Of a stretch of DNA of 64,000 nt, positions 18,364 to 27,711 are shown piece by piece (positions within the stretch are counted from its first letter, which is position 1; every line of letters starts with the position of its first letter). The notes below the pieces were generated by a model, which had not been told where the DNA came from, searched no databases, and saw nothing but the letters and a program-made list of their open reading frames with translations. The translations under genes and the position numbers were made by a program. Origin of the DNA: Verrucomicrobiota bacterium (GTDB taxonomy: Bacteria; Verrucomicrobiota; Verrucomicrobiia; Limisphaerales; Palsa-1400); assembly GCA_049510745.1 (NCBI GenBank), contig JBEKYR010000002.1, forward strand, positions 64,001 to 128,000. Direction: 5' to 3'.

Positions 18364-19608
18364 ATGACGCATTTCGTTTACGAGTGCAGCCAGTGCGGGA
18401 AGCGCTACCAGCGCGACGAAGTGCGCTACCTCTGCCCGCTGTGCGCCCGCGACTATCAACCCGGCAAGCCGCTGGCCGGCGTGCTGTCGGCGCAATTCGA
18501 CTACGGCGCGATTCGGAAAAAGTTCGACCGGCGGAAGCCGGACTGGAACCTGTTCTCGGCCGTGGAGAAAAAATTCTTCCCGCCGATTCCTGTCGGCAAC
18601 ACGCCCTTCTTCCAGTCCGCTGCGCTCGGAAATGACCTCGGCTTCGCCAACGTCTGGATCAAGAACGACGGATTGAATCCCAGCGGGTCGCTCAAGGATC
18701 GCGCTTCGTTCCTGGTCGTGGCGGAGGCGAATCGGCTGGGGGAGAAAACCATCGTCACCGCCTCCACCGGGAACGCGGCCGGCGCGCTGGCCGCGGTGTG
18801 CGCCGCCGCCGGAAAGCGGGCGCTGATCTTTGTTCCGGAGAAGGCGCCGAAGGCCAAGCTCGCGCAGATGGTTCTTTACGGCGCGACGGTCGTGCCGCTG
18901 CGCGGCACGTATGACGACGCGTTCCGGCTCTCACTGGAATACACGGCGAAACGGGGCGGGCTGAATCGCAACACCGCCTATCATCCGCTCACCATCGAGG
19001 GCAAGAAGACCGCCGGCCTGGAGATTTGGCGGCAGAACAACTGGCGCGTGCCGGACGCGATTCTCGTGCCCGTCGGCGACGGCGTGATCCTCAGCGGCGT
19101 GCATAAGGCGTTTTGCGATTTGAAGGCGGCGGGATTGATTTCGCGGCTGCCGCGGCTGGTGTGCGTGCAGGCGGAGACCTCCAACGCCATTCACCGCTAC
19201 TTTGAATCGGGCGTCTATGAAAACGCGGCGCGCCCGGAGACGATTGCGGATTCCATTTCCGTCTCGGTTCCCTCGAACGCGCACCTGGCGCGCAAAGCGA
19301 TTGTTGAGAGCGGCGGTTTCTCCGTCACGGTGAGCGACGGCGAGATTCTCGATGGCCAGCGAACGCTGGCCGCCAAGACAGGGGTGTTCGCCGAGCCGGC
19401 CGCCGCCGCCACGGTCGCCGCGTTGAAAAAATTGCGCGGGACCAGGCGGCTGGGCCGCCGGGAGCAAATCGTCCTGCTCATTACGGGCCACGGCTTGAAG
19501 GATGTCGAGGCGGCGCTGCGGCAGATGCGGATTCCGGCCTCCGCCGAACCGACCCTCGCGGGCATCGAGGCCGCGCTCAATGCCGGAGCGAAGAAAGGAG
19601 CGCGCTGA
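18364..19608 (+). CDS. Threonine-synthase-like PLP enzyme
   Basis: N-terminal CxxC..CxxC, NPSGSLKDR, STGNA, EGKKT, ITGHGLKD. Confidence 0.8.
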   Translation: MTHFVYECSQCGKRYQRDEVRYLCPLCARDYQPGKPLAGVLSAQFDYGAIRKKFDRRKPDWNLFSAVEKKFFPPIPVGNTPFFQSAALGNDLGFANVWIKNDGLNPSGSLKDRASFLVVAEANRLGEKTIVTASTGNAAGALAAVCAAAGKRALIFVPEKAPKAKLAQMVLYGATVVPLRGTYDDAFRLSLEYTAKRGGLNRNTAYHPLTIEGKKTAGLEIWRQNNWRVPDAILVPVGDGVILSGVHKAFCDLKAAGLISRLPRLVCVQAETSNAIHRYFESGVYENAARPETIADSISVSVPSNAHLARKAIVESGGFSVTVSDGEILDGQRTLAAKTGVFAEPAAAATVAALKKLRGTRRLGRREQIVLLITGHGLKDVEAALRQMRIPASAEPTLAGIEAALNAGAKKGAR

Positions 19609-21899
19609 TGCCGAATCCGGAAACCAAATGCTGGCGCAATGACGCCCACGCCAAAGTCACGGGCAAAGCGAAGTTCACGGACGATCTCAAGTTCGCCAAC
19701 GTGCTCCACGCCGCGCCGGCGTATTCGGATTTTGTTCACGCGCGCATCATCTCGATCGAGACCGGCGCCGCCGAAAAGGTTCCTGGCGTCGTCCGCGTGC
19801 TGACGGCCCGCGACGTGCCCGGCGTCAACCGGTTTGGCCAGATCATCCGCGACTTCCGCATTTTCGCCGACGACAAAATCCGTTACCACGGCGATGTCGT
19901 CGCCATCGTCGTCGCGGAGACGCGCCAGATCGCGATGCGCGCGGCGGAATTGGTGAAGGTGAATGCTGAACCGCTGCCCGCCGTGCTCGATCCCGAGGCG
20001 GCGATGCTGCCGGGCGCGCCGCTCGTTCACGAGAACCACGGCACGAACATTGTCAACACGCACGTCATCCGGCGCGGCGACGTCGAGGCGGGCTTTCGGC
20101 AGGCCGATTTCGTCCTCGAGGAAAAGTTCCAGACGCAGAGCGTCGAGCACGCCTACCTGGAGACCGAGGCGGCGGTTTGCGCGCCGCGTTCGACCGATGG
20201 CGTCATGGAAGTCTATGGCAGCATGCAGCATCCGTTCAGCACGCGCCGGTTTGTGGCGGCGTGCCTGGGCGTGGCGCTGGCGGAAGTCGAGGTCATCGGC
20301 ACGCCGATGGGGGGCGGGTTCGGCGGCAAGGACGATACGGCGGCCCTGGTGTGCGCGCGGACGGCGCTGGCGGCCCGGCTGCTCAATTGCCCGGTGAAGA
20401 TGGTTTATCGCCGCGACTGGTCCATGCGCGAAAGCTACAAGCGCCATCCTTATCGCGTGCATTACAAGATGGGCGTGACGAAGGCGGGCCGCATCACGGC
20501 GGTGCAATGCCGCATCGTCGCGGACGGCGGCGCGTATTGCTCGGTCACGCCGTGGGTCACGTGGCGCTCGACTGTGCAATGCTGCGGGCCTTACGTCGTC
20601 GAGAATGTCCGCTGCGACACGTTCGGCGTTTACACCAACAACGTCGTGGCGGGCGCGATGCGCGGTTTCGGCTCGCCGCAAATGAATTTCGTGATCGAGC
20701 AAATGGTGGAGATGGCGGCGGAGCGGGCCGGCCTTTCGGGAATTGAATTCCGCCGCCGCAACCTGGTGCGCCAGGGCAGCGTGACGATCACGGGGCAAAA
20801 GCTCGAGGGCCACAAAGTCGCCATGGAACAGGCGCTCGACACGGTGCTGCGCGAAATTGATTACGAAAAGAAACTCGCGCAATGCGCGCGCGGCAAAGGC
20901 AAGGCCGGCGAGCTTTACGGCATCGGGCTGGCGATGAGCTACCGCGGGGTCAGCCTCGGCGCGGAAGGCGTGGATTTTTGCGCGGCCATCATCAACGCGC
21001 AGGCCGACGGCTCGATCCTCGTCGAGGCCGGCGTTCACGAGAACGGGCAGGGCGCGGAGTCGGCGATGTCGTTGTTGCTGGCGGAGGAGTTGGGCGTGGA
21101 CCTCAATCGCATCCGCTACCGGCGCTCTTCGACCTCGAACATTCCCGACAGCGGCACGACCGTCGCGTCGCGCGGCACGATCATGGGCGGCGGCGCGGTC
21201 ACGCTCGCGGCGCGCGAGTTGAAAGAGAAAATTGCCGGGGCGTTTTGCGGAAAGCTGGGCTGCGCGCCGGAGGAGGTGCGGTTCAAGAACAATTTCATTT
21301 GCGGCAAAACGGATCGCGAGCGCATCGCCTTCGACGACGCGATGCGGCAGATGTGGCAGACGCAGCGGTTTCCATTTGCGTTCGGCGTGTTCAAAGCGCC
21401 GCGCGTGACCTGGGACGAGCACACCGGCCAGGGCGACGCCTATTTCACCTGGGTCTATGGCTGCCAGGCCGTCGAGCTGACGGTGAACAAAAAGTCGGGC
21501 AAGGTGAAGTTGCTCAACGCCGTGGCCGCGCACGACGTGGGGCGGGCGGTGAATCCGGAGATGGTGCGCGGGCAGATTTACGGCGGCCTGGCGATGAGCG
21601 CGGGTTACGCGCTGCACGAAGAGGTCAAATCCAAGGACGGCAAAATCACCACGCCCAACCTGAACACGTATCGCATCCCGCGCTCGACGGACCTGCCCGA
21701 GATGAAGGCGATCCTCATCGAGAATCCCGATCCGACTTCGCCCAGCGGCGCGAAGAGCATCGGCGAGCCGGCGAATGAGATTCTCGCGCCGGCCATTGCC
21801 AACGCCATTTTCAACGCGACGGGCCGGCGGCATCTTTCCCTGCCGATTCGCCTGGGGGCGCCGCCTGAACCCGCCGCCTGCGGGGAGGTGTGCCAATGA
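19608..21899 (+). CDS. xdhA: Xanthine dehydrogenase family molybdopterin-binding subunit
   Basis: KVTGKAKFTDD, GGGFGGK, AMRGFGSPQ, ASRGT, KSIGE. Confidence 0.9.
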   Translation: MPNPETKCWRNDAHAKVTGKAKFTDDLKFANVLHAAPAYSDFVHARIISIETGAAEKVPGVVRVLTARDVPGVNRFGQIIRDFRIFADDKIRYHGDVVAIVVAETRQIAMRAAELVKVNAEPLPAVLDPEAAMLPGAPLVHENHGTNIVNTHVIRRGDVEAGFRQADFVLEEKFQTQSVEHAYLETEAAVCAPRSTDGVMEVYGSMQHPFSTRRFVAACLGVALAEVEVIGTPMGGGFGGKDDTAALVCARTALAARLLNCPVKMVYRRDWSMRESYKRHPYRVHYKMGVTKAGRITAVQCRIVADGGAYCSVTPWVTWRSTVQCCGPYVVENVRCDTFGVYTNNVVAGAMRGFGSPQMNFVIEQMVEMAAERAGLSGIEFRRRNLVRQGSVTITGQKLEGHKVAMEQALDTVLREIDYEKKLAQCARGKGKAGELYGIGLAMSYRGVSLGAEGVDFCAAIINAQADGSILVEAGVHENGQGAESAMSLLLAEELGVDLNRIRYRRSSTSNIPDSGTTVASRGTIMGGGAVTLAARELKEKIAGAFCGKLGCAPEEVRFKNNFICGKTDRERIAFDDAMRQMWQTQRFPFAFGVFKAPRVTWDEHTGQGDAYFTWVYGCQAVELTVNKKSGKVKLLNAVAAHDVGRAVNPEMVRGQIYGGLAMSAGYALHEEVKSKDGKITTPNLNTYRIPRSTDLPEMKAILIENPDPTSPSGAKSIGEPANEILAPAIANAIFNATGRRHLSLPIRLGAPPEPAACGEVCQ

Positions 21900-22381
21900 A
21901 ACTGTCCGTCAACGGAAAGGAAATCGAAGTTCCCGCCGCCGCGATGGAGAAGCGAATCGTCGAGTTTTTGCGCGAAGACCTCGACTTGACCGGGGCGAAG
22001 AACGCCTGCGACATCGGCGCGTGCGGCGCCTGCACGATCCTCGTCAACGACGAGCCGGCGCGCATCTGCCTCAAGCGCGTGAAGGATTTCGCCGGCCGGC
22101 GGATTCTGACCATCGAGGGCCTGGCCGCGGCCGACGGCACGCTGCATCCGCTGCAACAGGCGTTCGTGGATTGCGGCGCGATCCAATGCGGCTTCTGCAC
22201 ACCGGGCATGGTGCTGACGGCGCACGGGTTCCTGCTGAAGAACCCGCGCCCGACCCGCGAGCAAATCCGCCGCGCGATTTCCCAGAACCTCTGCCGCTGC
22301 ACCGGCTACCAGCAGATCATTGACGCCGTCGAGAAAGCCTCGGTTCACTATCGGCGCGAACACACGGGAAGCGAAGCATGA
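21896..22381 (+). CDS. xdhC: Xanthine dehydrogenase family (2Fe-2S) subunit
   Basis: CDIGACGAC, QCGFCTPG, NLCRCTGY. Confidence 0.92.
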   Translation: MKLSVNGKEIEVPAAAMEKRIVEFLREDLDLTGAKNACDIGACGACTILVNDEPARICLKRVKDFAGRRILTIEGLAAADGTLHPLQQAFVDCGAIQCGFCTPGMVLTAHGFLLKNPRPTREQIRRAISQNLCRCTGYQQIIDAVEKASVHYRREHTGSEA

Positions 22382-23559
22382 AGACACTGAAGAAACAACT
22401 GGATGCACTGCGGGAGCTGCGTTTCAACAGTTACGGGAAGGATTTCCTGTTGACGTGGGAAAAGACCGGGGACGAACTGCGCGCCGTGGTCGCGCTCGCC
22501 GAGTTGTTTTCCGAAATGCACAAGGCCGGCAAGTCGTTCCGCGCGTTCAACACCGGGCTGGCGATTTCCATTTTCCGCGACAACTCCACGCGCACGCGCT
22601 TCAGCTTCGCCGCGGCGGCGAATGCGCTGGGCTTGGGCCTGGCCGATCTGGACGAGGAGAAATCGCAGATCGCGCACGGCGAAACGGTGCGCGAGACGGC
22701 GAACATGATCTCCTTCATGGCCGAGGTCATCGGCATCCGCGACGACATGTATCTGGGCGAGGGCAACCGTTACATGCGCGAGGTTGCCGCCGCGGTGCGG
22801 GAAGGATTCGAGAAGGGCGTGCTGCATCAGCGGCCCAGCGTGATCAATTTGCAGTGCGACCTGGATCATCCGACGCAGAGCATGGCGGACCTGGCGCATC
22901 TGAAAAATCATTTCGGTTCGCTGGAAAAGTTGCGCGGCAGGAAGCTCGCCATGAGCTGGGCCTATTCGCCCAGCTACGGCAAGCCGCTGTCCGTGCCGCA
23001 GGGCATCATCGGTTTGATGACGCGGTTCGGCATGAACGTGACGCTGGCGCATCCGGAGGGTTACGGGTTGATTCCCGAAGTCATCGGGATCGCGCGGAGG
23101 AACGCGGCGGAGAACGGCGGAAAATTTGAAGTGGTGTCGAGCATGGAGGAGGCGTTCCGCGGCGCGGACGTGGTTTATCCGAAGTCGTGGGCGCCGTTTT
23201 CGGTGATGGAGCGGCGCACTCCATTGTTGAAGCAAGGCGACGGCGACGGGTTGAAGGCGCTGGAGAAGGAATGTCTGGCGAACAACGCGCGCTTCAAGCA
23301 CTGGGAATGCGACGAGAAGAAAATGAAACTGACGAAAAACGGCAACGCGCTCTACCTGCACTGCCTGCCGGCGGACATTACGGGCGTGAACTGCGCGCGG
23401 GGCGAAGTGTCGGCGGCGCTGTTCGAGAAATACCGCCTGGCGACGTATCGCCAGGCGAGCTTCAAGCCGTTCGTGATTGCGGCGATAATTTTCCTGGCGC
23501 GGGTGCCATCGCCGCTGGCCATGCTCGGCGAACTGGTCAAGAAATCTGCGAAAGGCTAA
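22378..23559 (+). CDS. ygeW: YgeW knotted carbamoyltransferase
   Basis: FRDNSTRT, DHPTQ, SWAYSPSYGKPLSVPQG, HCLPADI. Confidence 0.93.
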   Translation: MKTLKKQLDALRELRFNSYGKDFLLTWEKTGDELRAVVALAELFSEMHKAGKSFRAFNTGLAISIFRDNSTRTRFSFAAAANALGLGLADLDEEKSQIAHGETVRETANMISFMAEVIGIRDDMYLGEGNRYMREVAAAVREGFEKGVLHQRPSVINLQCDLDHPTQSMADLAHLKNHFGSLEKLRGRKLAMSWAYSPSYGKPLSVPQGIIGLMTRFGMNVTLAHPEGYGLIPEVIGIARRNAAENGGKFEVVSSMEEAFRGADVVYPKSWAPFSVMERRTPLLKQGDGDGLKALEKECLANNARFKHWECDEKKMKLTKNGNALYLHCLPADITGVNCARGEVSAALFEKYRLATYRQASFKPFVIAAIIFLARVPSPLAMLGELVKKSAKG

Positions 23560-23570
23560 ATACCCGCTCT

Positions 23571-23984
23571 TCACGGCCGCGCCTCTGCCGGAAGCAGACT
23601 CAGCACGAAATCGTAAATGGCTTGGGCGTGTTGCAGCGCCGCATCAAATTCCTCGCGCGAAGGCATCGGATCGTCCGTCAGCCCCGGATAGCGGAAAGCG
23701 GAAACGTAGGGAGTCAAGATGTCCGCTGCTTCCTCGAACTTCGCAAAATCCGGCTTGTCATCGATGGCGTCTTCGATCAACCAAATCAAATCGTGGGTCT
23801 TGACGACGGCGATGCCCCGCCAAGTCAGCCAACCTTTCAACGACTTCTCTGCTGCCGGCTGACAGTGGTAAATAGCGGTGTCGAGCGGGCCATCAGGCGT
23901 TGCGCCGACAATCCGCGCATTCTGAAGATCGTGCATGGCTTTTGTGAGCCAGTCGCGGGTGAGCCGGGCATGGTTGTCAGCCAT
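23571..23984 (-). CDS. HEPN domain protein
   Basis: WLTKAMHDL, AAEKSLK, KTHDL, RYP; paired with MNT. Confidence 0.85.
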   Translation of the reverse strand: MADNHARLTRDWLTKAMHDLQNARIVGATPDGPLDTAIYHCQPAAEKSLKGWLTWRGIAVVKTHDLIWLIEDAIDDKPDFAKFEEAADILTPYVSAFRYPGLTDDPMPSREEFDAALQHAQAIYDFVLSLLPAEARP

Positions 23985-24297
23985 AAAGCTTCCTGCCCTG
24001 TGCGAGAATCTGGTGCTGGAGCGAAGCGCGCAAATCCTTGTAGCGGTCAAATTCCTCCCGTGTTTGCACAAACACGTCTTTGCTCATCCGAAGTCCCCGG
24101 AGACACCGATGGGCGCGTTGCATCCTGCGAATGGCCCGCTCGCCGCTCTCGCGCACGATCACCATCAAGTCGATGTCGCTGTCTTCATCGGGCGTGCCCC
24201 AGGCGTGCGAGCCAAACAAAAAAATTTCCTCCGGCTGGAACTCGGCTGTCAGCCGTTCCACGACTTTGTCCAACAGACCTGCCGGGATGGTCTTCAC
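23977..24297 (-). CDS. Minimal nucleotidyltransferase (MNT) antitoxin
   Basis: LFGSHAWGTPDEDSDIDL. Confidence 0.9.
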   Translation of the reverse strand: MKTIPAGLLDKVVERLTAEFQPEEIFLFGSHAWGTPDEDSDIDLMVIVRESGERAIRRMQRAHRCLRGLRMSKDVFVQTREEFDRYKDLRASLQHQILAQGRKLYG

Positions 24298-24383
24298 GGT
24301 TTGCAGAGTAGCATGGGCCGGTGTCTTTGAGAAGCCATTCTTCCATTCCCTTTTGCGGCGTTTTTTCGTAACATTCGCGGACC

Positions 24384-25841
24384 ATGTCCAAAATCATCAA
24401 ACGGCTGCATCCGGAAGTCATCCGGAAAACCGCGACGCGCTGCCGCGAGCGCGGCATCGTGCTGCCGACGTTCCAGCAATTGCGGCGTCCGGAACTCATT
24501 CCCGCCACGATCCAGTCCAAGCTCAAAAGCGCCGGGCTTTGGGACATGAACCCGGTGAATCTGTTCCGCATCACGTGGAAGAACGACGTGAAAACGGGCC
24601 TCTACGGCGGCGTGAATTATCTGGAGATTCCGCCCGCGATCACCGGCGTGAAGGCGCGGGTCATCGGGTTGGTTGGAAAATACTTTCCCACGGGCGCGCA
24701 CAAGGTGGGCGCGGCGTTTGGCTGCCTGGCGCCGCGGCTGGTGAGCGGCGAGTTTGATCCGCAGAAGCACAAGGCGGCGTGGCCTTCGACGGGCAATTAT
24801 TGTCGCGGCGGCGCGTTTGATTGCGCGGCGCTGGGTTGCACGGCTATTGCGATTCTGCCGCAAGGCATGTCGCGCGAACGTTTCGAGTGGCTGAAAAAAG
24901 CCGGCGCGGAAATCATCGCCACGCCCGGTGGCGAATCGAACGTGAAGGAGATTTACGACAAGTGCTGGGAACTGAAGCGCGACCCGGCGAACGTCATCTT
25001 CAACCAGTTCGAGGAATTCGGGAACCCGATCTTCCACTACAACGTGACCGGCCCGGCGATGGACGAGGTCTTCACGCAACTCGGCCCGGACGTGCGCGCG
25101 GCGGCTTTCGTCTCCGCGACCGGTTCAGCCGGCACCCTCGCGGCGGGCGATTATTTGAAGAAGCGACATCCCACGCTGAAGATTGTCGCGGCCGAAGCGT
25201 TGCAGTGCCCGACGCTGCTCAGCAACGGCTTCGGCGAGCACCGCATCGAAGGCATCGGTGACAAGCACGTCCCGTGGATTCACAACGTGCGCAACACCGA
25301 CGCCGTGGCCGCGATAGACGACGAGGACTGCATGAGACTCCTGCGGCTGTTCAACGAACCCGCCGGACGCAAGCACCTGGCGTCGCTGGGCGTGAAGGCC
25401 AGGGAGGCGGAGTCCCTGCCGCTGCTGGGCATCTCCAGCCTCTGCAACCTGCTGGCCGCCATCAAGACCGCGAAGTACTTCGAGCTGGCCGGGCGCGACG
25501 TGATTTTCACCGTTTTCACCGACTCGGCCGAACTCTACCGCTCGCGCGTGGAAGAATTGAAAAAAGAGCGCGGGGCCTATCGCGTCGCAGACGCCATCGC
25601 CGACTTTGCCGGCCCGCTGGCCCATCAAAGTGCAGATGCCTTCAAGGAGTTGACCGGCCTCGAGCGCAAAGCCATTCACAACCTGAAGTATTTCACCTGG
25701 GTTGAACAACAGGGCAAAACCGGCGACGAGTTGAACGCGCAGTGGGATCCTGATTACTGGCGGGAGTTGTTTGAGGAGGAGGTGGCGTATTTCGACCGGC
25801 TCATCGGAGAATTCAACATTCTGGCGGGATTGCCCCGCTGA
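24384..25841 (+). CDS. PLP-dependent fold-type II enzyme (cysteine-synthase-like)
   Basis: PTGAHKV, PSTGNY, FNQFEE, TGSAGT, IEGIG. Confidence 0.8.
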   Translation: MSKIIKRLHPEVIRKTATRCRERGIVLPTFQQLRRPELIPATIQSKLKSAGLWDMNPVNLFRITWKNDVKTGLYGGVNYLEIPPAITGVKARVIGLVGKYFPTGAHKVGAAFGCLAPRLVSGEFDPQKHKAAWPSTGNYCRGGAFDCAALGCTAIAILPQGMSRERFEWLKKAGAEIIATPGGESNVKEIYDKCWELKRDPANVIFNQFEEFGNPIFHYNVTGPAMDEVFTQLGPDVRAAAFVSATGSAGTLAAGDYLKKRHPTLKIVAAEALQCPTLLSNGFGEHRIEGIGDKHVPWIHNVRNTDAVAAIDDEDCMRLLRLFNEPAGRKHLASLGVKAREAESLPLLGISSLCNLLAAIKTAKYFELAGRDVIFTVFTDSAELYRSRVEELKKERGAYRVADAIADFAGPLAHQSADAFKELTGLERKAIHNLKYFTWVEQQGKTGDELNAQWDPDYWRELFEEEVAYFDRLIGEFNILAGLPR

Positions 25842-25845
25842 AGCA

Positions 25846-25877
25846 TCCAATCCCTTGCGCCGAATCATTCCCCTGGC
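25846..25877 (+). repeat. 32-bp direct repeat, left copy
   Basis: TCCAATCCCTTGCGCCGAATCATTCCCCTGGC; 31/32 identical to 35902-35933. Confidence 0.9.
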
Positions 25878-25907
25878 GCGCCTCTTGGTTGGTCCTGGCC
25901 ACCGCGG

Positions 25908-25960
25908 TGGGGTGAACACCCCATAGCGCCGTCAAGGTTTCCGGGGTTATTCTATGGCGC
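25908..25960 (+). promoter_or_regulatory. Operator palindrome TGGGGTGAACACCCCA plus promoter, copy 1
   Basis: Identical 16-mer at 27657 and 30660, each 37-40 nt before an ATG. Confidence 0.75.
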
Positions 25961-26239
25961 ATGAAAAATAGCATGAATAAAACGAATGGTCCGGTGGACC
26001 GAATCAAGATTGGGCTGGGGACTGCGCTGTTGGTGGCCTTGACCGGATGTGTGGGTTACGTGGAGGGAGGTTACGGCGGCGCGGTAGTGGTGCCGGGGCC
26101 TGATGTGTATGTTTTCGGCGGCGACTTTGGAAGAGGGCGCGATGTGCGCGATTATAGTCATCGCGGAGTTGTCAGTCGCGCGGTGGCGCACCCTGCCGGC
26201 GGCGGGGGAGCGAGAGGCGGCGGAGGCGGAAAGCGGTGA
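25961..26239 (+). CDS. Small Gly-rich putative lipoprotein
   Basis: LLVALTGC lipobox-like; follows the conserved promoter. Confidence 0.65.
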   Translation: MKNSMNKTNGPVDRIKIGLGTALLVALTGCVGYVEGGYGGAVVVPGPDVYVFGGDFGRGRDVRDYSHRGVVSRAVAHPAGGGGARGGGGGKR

Positions 26240-26279
26240 AGCCAACAACTCCCTGGATAAAAACAGACCTGATGAATCT

Positions 26280-27284
26280 ATGAAACAGTCAACTATATTT
26301 ACATGTTTTTCGAAACTTTCCGCCATCGTGCTTTTGGCGGGTGCTTGGGGTTTTTTGGCGGCGGCTCTTCCTGCGGCAGAACCGAACGAGGCGCCACAGA
26401 AACCGGTGGTCGCGCAACGGTTGTTTGCGTCGCCGGATGACGCCGTAAAAGCCTTGCAGGCGGCCGCCGAAGCCAAAGATAAAACGGCCTTGAGCGAAAT
26501 TTTCGGCCCGGAGTTCGACGAACTTATAACCGGCGACCAGGTGCAGGACGCGAACAATGCGCAGAGGTTCGCCACGGCCATGGCGCAGGGCTGCCATCCT
26601 GTGAATGAGGGGGAGGACAAGATCACTCTTGAGGTTGGCACGAATAGCTGGCCGATGCCGATTCCACTGGTGAAAGCGGACGGGCAATGGCATTTCGACA
26701 CGGCGGCGGGCAAGGAGGAGATCATCAACCGGCACATCGGGAAGGACGAACTCCACGCCATCGGCGTTTGCCGGGCTTACGTGACCGCGCAGCGGCAGTA
26801 CGCCAGCGCGAACCCGGACGCGGGCGCAGGCGCGAAGTACGCGCAGAAATTCAAGAGCACGCCCGGCAAGAAAGATGGCCTCTACTGGCCGGCGGCGGAG
26901 AACGAACCGGCCAGCCCCTTCGGGCCTTTGGTGGCGGAAGCTCATGCCGAGGGTTATGGCAATAATAAGGGCACGGGTCCGCACCCGTTTCACGGTTATT
27001 ATTTCAGAATACTGACCCGGCAAGGCAGTGCTGCGCCCGGCGGGAAAATGAATTACATGAGCCACGGCAACCTGACGGAAGGATTCGCGCTGGTGGCTTA
27101 TCCGGAGCATTGGGACCAGTCGGGCATCATGACCTTTATCGTCAATCAGGACGGCAAAGTTTTTCAGCGCAATTTGGGCGAAAAGACTTCCCGGAGGGCG
27201 GGGGCGATGAAGGAATACAATCCGGACAGCGAATGGACGCCGGTGCAGGATGAGGGAGTCGTGAGCGCGGTGTCCGAGAAATGA
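26280..27284 (+). CDS. DUF2950 family exported protein
   Basis: Signal peptide; WPMPIPL, PGKKDGLYW, PFHGYYFRIL, SGIMTFIVN; start at MKQSTIF. Confidence 0.85.
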   Translation: MKQSTIFTCFSKLSAIVLLAGAWGFLAAALPAAEPNEAPQKPVVAQRLFASPDDAVKALQAAAEAKDKTALSEIFGPEFDELITGDQVQDANNAQRFATAMAQGCHPVNEGEDKITLEVGTNSWPMPIPLVKADGQWHFDTAAGKEEIINRHIGKDELHAIGVCRAYVTAQRQYASANPDAGAGAKYAQKFKSTPGKKDGLYWPAAENEPASPFGPLVAEAHAEGYGNNKGTGPHPFHGYYFRILTRQGSAAPGGKMNYMSHGNLTEGFALVAYPEHWDQSGIMTFIVNQDGKVFQRNLGEKTSRRAGAMKEYNPDSEWTPVQDEGVVSAVSEK

Positions 27285-27313
27285 CGCCGGCTATCAGCCA
27301 GAGCGAAGGCCTT

Positions 27314-27628
27314 ATGAAAACGAAAAGTGTGCGTGCGTTACTGTCTCTGACGATTATGAGTCTGATCGTCGTTTTGAATACTCCGGGACAAACTCTCAAA
27401 CCGGGACCGCCTCCTGTGCAACCGACACAACCGGCGCCGGCAACCCCCGCACCCATTCAGCCACCGCAACCCATTCAGCCGCCGCAACCCATCCAGCCGC
27501 CGGAACCTATCCAGCCGCCCCAACCCATTCAGCCACCGCAATCCGCCCCTAATCAGGCGCCAGTGTTCACGAACAGTCCGCCAGTGTACACGAACCAACT
27601 GCCCGTGTTCACTAATCATCCAGAGTAA
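27314..27628 (+). CDS. Secreted Pro/Gln-rich repeat protein
   Basis: Signal-like N-terminus, PIQPPQ x5, PV(F/Y)TN x3. Confidence 0.55.
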   Translation: MKTKSVRALLSLTIMSLIVVLNTPGQTLKPGPPPVQPTQPAPATPAPIQPPQPIQPPQPIQPPEPIQPPQPIQPPQSAPNQAPVFTNSPPVYTNQLPVFTNHPE

Positions 27629-27656
27629 TTCGATACCGGAATACTGACATCGCGCA

Positions 27657-27711
27657 TGGGGTGAACACCCCATAGCGCCGGCTAGGTTTTTCAGCTTATT
27701 GTTATCGTGCC
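27657..27711 (+). promoter_or_regulatory. Operator palindrome plus promoter, copy 2
   Basis: ATGGGGTGAACACCCCATAGCGCC..TATTGT..ATG. Confidence 0.75.

Noticed and set aside
18361..18366. In-frame TGA between ygeY and the ThrC-like gene (also DPD-like to ssnA at 15788-15796) as selenocysteine read-through
   Set aside because: The UGA falls between complete domains, not at a catalytic Cys position, and no SECIS-like hairpin was evident; tight operon packing explains it
19215..21896. Long antisense ORFs (also 14387-16180, 16927-18495, 47098-49077, 52334-53968, 59840-61444, 61742-63145)
   Set aside because: Shadows of well-supported genes in high-GC DNA, with no recognisable motifs
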